Shown here: positions 56,683-64,000 of the stretch, one piece after another
Position numbering within the stretch: position 1 is the stretch's first letter
Layout: each line of letters begins with the position of its first letter
Origin: an uncultured Gemmatimonadota bacterium
Lineage (GTDB): Bacteria > Blakebacterota > Blakebacteria > Blakebacterales > Blakebacteraceae
Length of the DNA: 64,000 bases
Assembly (NCBI GenBank): GCA_964576115.1
Contig: CAZNUA010000009.1
Location: 20,364 to 84,363 of the forward strand
Direction: 5' to 3'
Position numbers and translations under genes: made by a program
The notes under the pieces: model-generated
Told to the model about the DNA's origin: nothing
Database searches by the model: none
Seen by the model: the letters and a program-made list of their open reading frames with translations, nothing else

Positions 56683-59400
56683 TCAGAAGTGGAAACCGAG
56701 GCCGGCATAGAACCGGCCGTACCCGCCCTCGCGCAGTCCGTACGCCACTTCGAGCGGCCCGATGGGAGAATCCAGCGCGATCTTGAGCCCGATACCGCTG
56801 ATGAGATCGGAGAAGGCGACCTCATCGGCTTCCTCCCAGCCGCCGCCCCAGTCGTAGCGCACTCCCAGGTGCACCGGCGCGATCGGTCGCCAGGGAATCC
56901 GGAAGCGGTACTCTCCGGAGATGAGAAGGACCTGGCGGCCGCGGATCTGGTCGCGGGCATACCCGTAGAAGCTGTCCAGGCCGCCCAGACGGAACCAGTT
57001 CACGAAGGGCAGGGTGGCATCGGCGGTGCCGAAGAGGATGCGCGGGTGGAAGGTGTGACGTCCGAAAGTGGCGAAGGATTCCATCGAGAGGAAGAGACGG
57101 ACGTAGGAACTCTCGCTGCCGAACAGGCCGGGAGTGCTTTCGTACAGGAACTCGTGGCGCACCCCCGAGGTCGGGAAGGGCCGGCGGTCCTGGGAATCGA
57201 TGATCGTGCGCAGCAGGAAACCGCGCAGGTTGAGGTTGCTGCTGACGTTGAACAGACCGTCGATGGTCCGGGCGTGGATGTCCTCGGCCCAGAAGCCGAA
57301 ACTGAGCATTCCCATCCGCTGGACCTGCTGACCCACGGTCGCCGAGAGTGAGTAGCGTTCGTCTTCGTATGTGCCGTTGAGCACCTGCCCGGCATAGGTG
57401 TGGATCTCCTCCCGATCCCACCCGGCCGCCAGCTGCCAGGAAAGGAAGGTACTGAAGAGGCGGTCGATCCGGGCCTGCATGCCGAGCGAGGTGCGCCGGC
57501 TCCCGGTCAGGCCGCGCAGGCTCAGGGTACCGGCCATACCGAGCAGATTCTCGTTCCGATACTCGAGAAAGGCCTCGGTTTTCTGTTCCTCGAGATAGTG
57601 CAGGCCGATACGGGCCACATGTCGGGGCCGTTCCTCGACCCGAACCCGGATCGCGAGTCCTCCACCGGCGGTCCGTTCGGGTTGGATCGAGACCCGTTCG
57701 AAGAGCCCGGAGGAATAAATGTCATCGACGATCTCGCGGATCGAATGAGCGCCGGAGGGCTCGCCGACCCGGAAGGGCAGGTCGCGCCGGATGATCATTT
57801 CCCGGGTGTGTTCGAGCCCCTCGATGGAGATCTCTTCGATCCTGGCTTCATCGAGAATGAAACTGAGCCCGCCCGAGCGTTCGTCGAAGCGCACCTCCCG
57901 GACCAGAGCCAGCGGATAGCCCCGGGCGGCGTGGTAGTGTTCCAGACGGCGTACGTCCCCGGCCACCAGGTGACAGTCGAGCGGTTCGCCCGGCCGACTC
58001 TGGACAGCCCGCCGCAGATCGGGGGGATCGTAGAGGCTGGCGCCGACGAAACGGATCTCTTCAATCAGGGGGCGACTCGTCAGCCGGGCGGTCAGGGTGA
58101 CACGCGCTTCAGATCCCGGGGCCTCCCCCGGCGCTTGCAGTACCTGCAGACGCACCCCGGCCAGGGTGCCGTCTTCCATCAGCCGGCGGGCGGCTGCTTC
58201 CAGCCCGACCGGATCGGCGCTCCGCCCCCCGAGCTCGCGTTCGAGGAAGGTGCGCGCCCGTCGGCGCTGCTCCTCGCTCCCCCCTTCGGTCTCGATCCCG
58301 ACCACCCGCAGAGCCGGTCCGTGCTCGGGATGCACTCCGGCCAGGCGCACGAGGTGGCGGGACGCTTCGCTCCCTTCCCAGAGTTCGATCGCCCGCCGGG
58401 CGGCGGCGTAGCCCGCCGCCACGAGGGTGTCGAGATCGGCGAAATCGCTCGAGAGGTGATCGCCGAGGTTGGGGGCGATCACCAGGTCGGCCCGTTCGAG
58501 CGAGAGCGCGTTGGGGCCGCGCATGGTGATGCTCATGATCTGATCGAGGATCTCGACCGGGGTGCCGAGACGGTCGGGAGGGCGCAGAGCCGCCGACACA
58601 TCGGACGCGATGATGACGTCGGCGCCCAGTTCCTCGACCACCCCGACCGGGATGGCGTCGACCAGCCCGCCGTCGACCAGCAGATGATCCCCGATCCGGA
58701 TCGCGGCGATCAGGACCGGTACGGCCGAAGACGCCATCAGAGCTTCGGCCAGGTTTCCCGAACCGAGCACGACCTTCTCCCCGGTCAGCAGATCGGTGGA
58801 CACGGCCCGGAAGGGGACGGCCAGAGCGTCGAAATCGCCGGCGGCGAGGTAATCCCCCTTGAAGGTCAGATCGCTGAACAGGGTCGCCATGCGTTGACCC
58901 ATCATGTAGCTGGTGGGCAGAATCGGCACCCCCCCGCTGAATCGGATCTGCAGCAGGTAGCTGGCCCGTTCCTCTTTCTGCGGCAGGAAAAGGTTGGTGC
59001 GTTCGGGGGAATCGGTCAGCAGATCCTGCCAGTCCACATCTCGGGCCAGCTGCTCGAGTTCGTCCGGGTTCAGACCGGCGGCGTAGAGACCGCCGATGAC
59101 GGCCCCGGCACTCACGCCGGTGACGAAGGCGGGCGTCAGGCCCGCTTCCTCGAGTGCTTTCAGTACCCCGATGTGCGCCATGCCCCGGCTTCCCCCGCCG
59201 CTCAGGACCAGGCCCACTTTCGGTCCCGCCGGGACGAAAAAGGGCAGAGCGTGCATCGGTTCGAGATGCGGGGTGAATTCGTACAGCAGTTCCTGGGCCT
59301 GCAGAGACCCTGAGCCGGCGCCGAGCAGGAGTCCGGCCAGCAGCAGGAAAAGGGGCCGGCTCAGGCGGCCGGCGGATTGTGTGCGGTTACTGTTGCGCAT
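56683..59400 (-). CDS. Patatin-like phospholipase fused to POTRA domain(s) and an Omp85/BamA-type barrel (PlpD-like)
   Basis: Signal peptide; LSGGGSRG, GVSAG (GxSxG), VDGG; POTRA-like IEEISIEGLEHT; barrel ending FYAGLGFHF. Start may be 59400 or 59436. Confidence 0.88.
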   Translation of the reverse strand: MRNSNRTQSAGRLSRPLFLLLAGLLLGAGSGSLQAQELLYEFTPHLEPMHALPFFVPAGPKVGLVLSGGGSRGMAHIGVLKALEEAGLTPAFVTGVSAGAVIGGLYAAGLNPDELEQLARDVDWQDLLTDSPERTNLFLPQKEERASYLLQIRFSGGVPILPTSYMMGQRMATLFSDLTFKGDYLAAGDFDALAVPFRAVSTDLLTGEKVVLGSGNLAEALMASSAVPVLIAAIRIGDHLLVDGGLVDAIPVGVVEELGADVIIASDVSAALRPPDRLGTPVEILDQIMSITMRGPNALSLERADLVIAPNLGDHLSSDFADLDTLVAAGYAAARRAIELWEGSEASRHLVRLAGVHPEHGPALRVVGIETEGGSEEQRRRARTFLERELGGRSADPVGLEAAARRLMEDGTLAGVRLQVLQAPGEAPGSEARVTLTARLTSRPLIEEIRFVGASLYDPPDLRRAVQSRPGEPLDCHLVAGDVRRLEHYHAARGYPLALVREVRFDERSGGLSFILDEARIEEISIEGLEHTREMIIRRDLPFRVGEPSGAHSIREIVDDIYSSGLFERVSIQPERTAGGGLAIRVRVEERPRHVARIGLHYLEEQKTEAFLEYRNENLLGMAGTLSLRGLTGSRRTSLGMQARIDRLFSTFLSWQLAAGWDREEIHTYAGQVLNGTYEDERYSLSATVGQQVQRMGMLSFGFWAEDIHARTIDGLFNVSSNLNLRGFLLRTIIDSQDRRPFPTSGVRHEFLYESTPGLFGSESSYVRLFLSMESFATFGRHTFHPRILFGTADATLPFVNWFRLGGLDSFYGYARDQIRGRQVLLISGEYRFRIPWRPIAPVHLGVRYDWGGGWEEADEVAFSDLISGIGLKIALDSPIGPLEVAYGLREGGYGRFYAGLGFHF

Positions 59401-59424
59401 CGCATCCGGGTGGTTTCTATTCAG

Positions 59425-59453
59425 TTGACGCTCCATCGGGCCGGACATAGTGT
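59425..59453 (+). promoter_or_regulatory. Sigma70-type promoter, probably (near-)leaderless, for PTS IIA
   Basis: TTGACG (59425-59430), 17 nt, TAGTGT (59448-59453), 8 nt, ATG (59462); no SD. Confidence 0.55.
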
Positions 59454-59461
59454 ACGCACCC

Positions 59462-59938
59462 ATGAAACTGACCGACATTCTCACTACCTCGCGGATCGAT
59501 CTGGACCTCGATGCCGCCACCAAAGACGAGGTGATCGAGCGTCTGGTGACCCTCGCGGTCAAGACCATCAACGGCGTCGATCAGAATGCCGTTCTCAAAG
59601 CGGTCCGTGCCCGTGAGCAGCTCATGAGCACGGGGGTGGGCAATAGTGTAGCCATTCCGCACGGCAAGACCAACGCCGTCACGTCTCTGATCGCCGCCTT
59701 CGGACGCTGCTCCGAACCGGTGGAATACGAAGCCCTTGACGGCCAGCCGGTCACCCTGGTCTTTTTGCTGGTCGGGCCCGAAGACGCCGCCGGTCCCCAT
59801 ATCAAGGCCCTGAGTCGCATCTCGCGCCTGCTCAGTTACGAAGAATTCCGGGCTCTGCTCAGTAACGCCCGGACGGCTGAAGAAGTCCTCTCGGCGATCG
59901 CTGCCGAAGAGGAGCAGCATTTCGACCTGAAGGGTTAG
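59462..59938 (+). CDS. PTS EIIA domain protein (fructose/mannitol/PtsN-like)
   Basis: RE..MSTGVGNSVAIPHG phospho-His motif; HIKALSRISRLL. Confidence 0.92.
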   Translation: MKLTDILTTSRIDLDLDAATKDEVIERLVTLAVKTINGVDQNAVLKAVRAREQLMSTGVGNSVAIPHGKTNAVTSLIAAFGRCSEPVEYEALDGQPVTLVFLLVGPEDAAGPHIKALSRISRLLSYEEFRALLSNARTAEEVLSAIAAEEEQHFDLKG

Positions 59939-60053
59939 CCGCCCGGAGACCGCCGCCACACCGTCCCTGCGGTCCTCCCGGCGATCGCGGTCAACGCACG
60001 ATCGCGCTCCCCCGGCACGAATAGCACGCTCACGACGAAGGAGATCTCTGCCG

Positions 60054-60593
60054 GTGAACAACCTGTTTTCGCGACCGGGTGTCGCCTGGATCCTGTACCT
60101 GCTCTGGGCCGGGGCCATCTGGGTCGGTTCCTCGCTCAGCCTGGGGCCCGAGTCGCCCCTGCATCTTACGTTCCCCGACAAGCTGGGCCATGCTATCGAG
60201 TTCGGCCTTCTGGGCGCGCTGGGAGCCAATGCCCTGCTGACCCGAACCCGTCTTTCTGCTACAAAGAAGGGACGGGATCGGGCCTGGCTGGGGGCGGTGA
60301 CCCTGGCCGCTCTCTGGGGGATCGTCGATGAAGTGCATCAGCTCTTCGTCCCGGGGCGTCAGTCCGATCCTCTTGATGCCGTGGCCGATGTGATCGGGGC
60401 CGCGGTCGGAGCCTGGCTCCTGATCCGGTTTCTGCCGCCGCAGACCGCAGTGGCTCCCGAACCGGGTACGTCCGTTCTACCGTCCGTCTCACCCGGGACC
60501 GGGATAGAAACCGAGCCGGGCAGGCCTGGTCGCGAATCGCGGTCCGAACCGGCCACGACCGCACCGCAGACCGAGAGCGAAATGGATATCTGA
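60054..60593 (+). CDS. VanZ family membrane protein
   Basis: DKLGHAIEFGLL, DEVHQLFVPGR, D.VAD.IG. Confidence 0.88.
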   Translation: MNNLFSRPGVAWILYLLWAGAIWVGSSLSLGPESPLHLTFPDKLGHAIEFGLLGALGANALLTRTRLSATKKGRDRAWLGAVTLAALWGIVDEVHQLFVPGRQSDPLDAVADVIGAAVGAWLLIRFLPPQTAVAPEPGTSVLPSVSPGTGIETEPGRPGRESRSEPATTAPQTESEMDI

Positions 60594-61972
60594 TGTCAAA
60601 CGAACCGCTGCAGGCGATCCGCGGCACCCGCGACCTGCTTCCCGGCGAGACGGAGGCCTGGGATGTGGTCGAGGGTATCGTCCGCGAGGTCATGGCGCTC
60701 TACCAGTACCGGGAGATCCGCACCCCGGTCTTCGAAGAAACCCAGCTCTTCGCCCGCGGGATCGGGGAACATACCGATATCGTGAGCAAGGAGATGTACA
60801 CCTTCACCGACCAGGGCGGGCGCAGTATCACCCTGCGTCCCGAAGGCACCGCCCCGGTCGTGCGGGCCTGGTTGCAGCACCGCCTGGGCGCCCAGGGATC
60901 GATCGACAAGCTCTACTATCTGGGACCGATGTTCCGCCAGGAGGCGCCACAGAAAGGTCGGGCGAGGCAGTTCCACCAGTTCGGAGCCGAGATCATCGGT
61001 ACCGACGCCCCCGAAGCCGATGCCGAAATCATCCTGCTCTTCGTCGCCATTCTGGAGGCTCTGGGGCTCAACAGCTGGAACCTGCACCTGGGCACACTGG
61101 GGTCGCTCGAGAACCGGCGGGCCTACCGCACCGAGCTGGTCGCTTTCATGAAGGGCATCGAGAAACTGCTCTGCGACGACTGCCGGACCCGGATCGATAC
61201 CAACCCCCTGCGCATCCTCGACTGCAAGCGTGAAAGCTGCCGGCTGGCCACGGCCGGGGCGCCGGTCCTGCTCGACTATCTCGATGCCGAAAGCCAGGCC
61301 CACTTCGAGGCTGTCCAGGCTCTGCTCACCGACCGGGGGACGGCCTTCACGGTGGATCCGCGTATGGTCCGCGGGCTCGACTACTACGAGCACACCACCT
61401 TCGAATTTCTCAGCCCCGATCTCGGAGCCCAGGATTCCATCTGCGGGGGCGGGCGCTACGACGGTCTGGCCGAGATGATCGGTGCCGGCGAGCGCGTTCC
61501 CGGGGTCGGATTCGCCGCCGGTCTGGAGCGGATCATGCTCGCGCTCGAGGCCGCGGGAAGCGAGCTGGACTTCGAGCCGCTCTGCGAGGTGGCCCTGGTG
61601 GCGATCGGCGGCGAGGCCCGGCGGGTTCTTTTCGGTCTCTGCGATGCCCTGCGCCGGGCCGGTGTGGCGGCTTCGATGGAACTGACCGAGCGGTCGGTCA
61701 AAGCCCAGATGCGCGAGGCCAACCGCCGGGAGGCCCTGCTGGCCCTGATCGCGGGCGAGAAAGAACTGGCCGGGGGGACGGTCACGCTCAAAGACCTGAA
61801 CGACGGATCCGAGCGGGTGATTGCGCTCGAAGAAACCGTTCCCCGGGTGCTGGAGAGCCTCGAGGAACTCGAGGCCGGTGCGATCGAGGAAGAACCTCCC
61901 GATACCCTGCCGGCCGGTGAGGGGGACGACGGCGGGCAGGACGACTCCGACGATCCCGGAGAGGCGGCATGA
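60593..61972 (+). CDS. hisS: Histidyl-tRNA synthetase
   Basis: IRGTRD, LRPEGTA, FRQEAPQKGR.RQFHQ, VRGLDYY, GGGRYDGL, GFAAGLER. Confidence 0.97.
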   Translation: MSNEPLQAIRGTRDLLPGETEAWDVVEGIVREVMALYQYREIRTPVFEETQLFARGIGEHTDIVSKEMYTFTDQGGRSITLRPEGTAPVVRAWLQHRLGAQGSIDKLYYLGPMFRQEAPQKGRARQFHQFGAEIIGTDAPEADAEIILLFVAILEALGLNSWNLHLGTLGSLENRRAYRTELVAFMKGIEKLLCDDCRTRIDTNPLRILDCKRESCRLATAGAPVLLDYLDAESQAHFEAVQALLTDRGTAFTVDPRMVRGLDYYEHTTFEFLSPDLGAQDSICGGGRYDGLAEMIGAGERVPGVGFAAGLERIMLALEAAGSELDFEPLCEVALVAIGGEARRVLFGLCDALRRAGVAASMELTERSVKAQMREANRREALLALIAGEKELAGGTVTLKDLNDGSERVIALEETVPRVLESLEELEAGAIEEEPPDTLPAGEGDDGGQDDSDDPGEAA

Positions 61973-63897
61973 ACGGCATGACGAACGAGAACCGAAAGAC
62001 AGCGGCCGGGGGCACGACGGGGGGCTCGTTTCCGACCGGCTACCGGACCCATACCTGTGGTGAACTCCGGGCCGCGGAGGCGGGCAGCGAGGTCACCGTG
62101 GCGGGCTGGGTGAGCGCCCAGCGCGACCACGGCGGGCTCATCTTCATCGATCTGCGCGACCGCTGGGGCGAGGTGCAGGTGGCGGTGGATCCCGCCGAGG
62201 ATCCCGAGGGGCTCGAGGTAGCCCGTGCAGCGCGGCTCGAGGATGTCGTGCAGGTGACCGGAACCGTCCGGGCCCGGCCCGAGAGCGCGGTCAATCCCGA
62301 GATGACGACCGGGGACTGCGAGGTGCATGCTCACCGGCTGGTGATGCTGGCTGAAACCGAAACCCCACCCTTTGTCATCGGCGAAGAAGCCACCGCCAGC
62401 GAGGAGATGGGACTGACGTATCGCTATCTCGATCTGCGCCGCCCGCCGCTGCAGCGCAATCTTGCCCTGCGCCACCGGGCTGCCCAGATCACCCGCCGGT
62501 ACTTCGATGCCCGTGGTTTCCTGGAGATCGAGACGCCGTTCCTGATCCGCTCCACCCCCGAGGGGGCGCGTGATTACCTGGTCCCCAGCCGACTGCACCA
62601 CGGCCGTTTCTACGCCCTGCCGCAGTCGCCGCAGCAGTACAAACAACTCCTGATGATGAGCGGTTTCGACCGCTACGTGCAGATCGTGCGTTGCTTCCGC
62701 GACGAGGATCTGCGGGCCGACCGCCAGCCCGAGTTCACCCAGGTGGATGTCGAGATGTCCTTCGTGGGCGAAGAGGACGTCATCGAGGTGGTCGAGGGGT
62801 ATGTGGCCGAGCTGCTCCGCGAAACCCGGGGAGTGGACCTGCACCCGCCCTTCGAGCGCTTCGGTTACGACGAAGCCATGCGCCGCTTCGGTACCGACCG
62901 GCCCGACCTGCGGTTCGGACTCGAAATCGTCGATCTCTCGCCGGTGGTCAGCGACACTGCCTTCAAGGTCTTCAGGACCGCCCTCGAAGAGGGGGGGCTG
63001 GTGGGGGCGATCGCGGCGCCCGGATACGGTGAGATCAGCCGTAGCGAGGGAGACCGCCTGGGCGATGTGGCCCGCGAATACGGTGCGGCCGGAGCGATCC
63101 CGCTCACGGTCTCGCCTGAGGGTCTGGAGGGCCCGGTGGCGAAGTTCCTCTCCGAGGCTGAGAAGACGGAAATCGTCACCGCCCTCGGTGCCGAACCGGG
63201 AGCCCTGGTGATCGTCGTGGCCGGGGAGGCCGGCACGACCCTGCCGGCCCTCGGCGCCCTGCGTCTCTCCCTGGCGCGGCAGCTGGATCTGATCGACGAG
63301 AGCGAATTCCGCTGCGCCTGGGTGCGCGATTTCCCGCTGCTGGAATGGAGCGAGGAGGAGGCCCGGATGGTCGCGGTACACCACCCCTTCACCTCGGCCG
63401 CCGAGCCCGAGCGGGTGGTTGCTCTGGCCGCCGAACTGATAGAGGGGGGAGCGCAGGTCATGGCGTCGCCCGAATGGCGGCAGCAGGTCTGCGGGCTGCG
63501 GGCCCGTGCTTACGATGTGGTCCTGAACGGGATCGAGATTGCGGGCGGCAGCATCAGGAACCACCGCATGCGCGAGCAATCGGCTCTGTTCACCCTGCTG
63601 GGCATGGATGAAGCCGAAACCCGCCGGCGGTTCGGTTTTCTGCTCACCGCCCTGGGCTACGGCGCCCCGCCGCACGGCGGTATCGCCTTCGGTTTCGACC
63701 GTCTGGTCATGATCCTGGCCGGGGCCGGGTCACTGCGCGAAGTGATCGCGTTCCCGAAAACCACCAGCGCCATGTCGCTGATGGACGGCTCTCCGGCCGA
63801 GGTCAGTGATGAGCAGCTCGACGATCTCGGTCTGAAGCTTCGTCGAGGCGTGAAGAAGGATGAGGAAGCACAAAAAGATAGCGGGAATGACGAATAG
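61969..63897 (+). CDS. aspS: Aspartyl-tRNA synthetase (bacterial type)
   Basis: YRTHTCG, RDHGGLIFIDLRD, STPEGARDY, LPQSPQ, FRDEDLRADRQPEFTQ, YGAPPHGGIAFG. Confidence 0.97.
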   Translation: MNGMTNENRKTAAGGTTGGSFPTGYRTHTCGELRAAEAGSEVTVAGWVSAQRDHGGLIFIDLRDRWGEVQVAVDPAEDPEGLEVARAARLEDVVQVTGTVRARPESAVNPEMTTGDCEVHAHRLVMLAETETPPFVIGEEATASEEMGLTYRYLDLRRPPLQRNLALRHRAAQITRRYFDARGFLEIETPFLIRSTPEGARDYLVPSRLHHGRFYALPQSPQQYKQLLMMSGFDRYVQIVRCFRDEDLRADRQPEFTQVDVEMSFVGEEDVIEVVEGYVAELLRETRGVDLHPPFERFGYDEAMRRFGTDRPDLRFGLEIVDLSPVVSDTAFKVFRTALEEGGLVGAIAAPGYGEISRSEGDRLGDVAREYGAAGAIPLTVSPEGLEGPVAKFLSEAEKTEIVTALGAEPGALVIVVAGEAGTTLPALGALRLSLARQLDLIDESEFRCAWVRDFPLLEWSEEEARMVAVHHPFTSAAEPERVVALAAELIEGGAQVMASPEWRQQVCGLRARAYDVVLNGIEIAGGSIRNHRMREQSALFTLLGMDEAETRRRFGFLLTALGYGAPPHGGIAFGFDRLVMILAGAGSLREVIAFPKTTSAMSLMDGSPAEVSDEQLDDLGLKLRRGVKKDEEAQKDSGNDE

Positions 63898-64000
63898 AGG
63901 GATCAACGGCGGATAACGGGACAGACGAAAGAGAGCGGCCGGAAAAAAACCGGGAACGGAACATGGAGTAAGATCGTCTGTTACAAAGAGTAAGGAAGGT

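Noticed and set aside
63898-64000. Start of a further gene at the window end
   Set aside because: The only ATG is followed closely by a stop; an SD-like AGGAAGGT at the very end suggests the next CDS begins outside the window.

Overview
High-GC bacterial chromosomal segment. The gene set (GWxTD protein, ECF/ZAS anti-sigma triad, Lat, tryptophanase-family lyase, PpdK, PlpD-like patatin) suggests an FCB-affiliated lineage such as Gemmatimonadota/Latescibacterota; this is inference only. Left to right: end of a sugar ABC permease pair; antisense osmC; two large (alpha/alpha)6-barrel glycosidases; a lower-GC Fic gene with its own promoter and paired operators (on the minus strand, although the ORF track labels it +); an M15 peptidase; a tightly packed run of JAB-DinG helicase, galK, hydantoinase/oxoprolinase A, PLP trans-sulfuration lyase, degenerate PfkB and hydantoinase/oxoprolinase B; carAB plus a GGDEF protein; GWxTD, HAD and cyclophilin genes; an ECF sigma/anti-sigma/duplicated-domain protein operon; an amino-acid catabolic run (lat, CPBP-like, radC, ALDH, D-2-hydroxyacid dehydrogenase, tnaA/tpl-like); a TPR protein; a lower-GC YtrA-type GntR-ABC operon with an 800-aa permease and an AbrB-Doc toxin-antitoxin pair; a 14-bp tandem array; ppdK-parA-parB-M23-bactofilin followed by a DnaA-box cluster; hflX; DUF2520; patatin-POTRA-barrel; PTS IIA; vanZ; hisS; aspS. 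I saw no rRNA, tRNA, CRISPR, integrase or transposase. The strongest leads are the DnaA-box cluster, the JAB-DinG/split-oxoprolinase/pseudo-PfkB operon, the ECF-linked duplicated-domain protein, the tandem array and recurrent leaderless-type promoters. All calls come from manual motif reading; no database searches were run.
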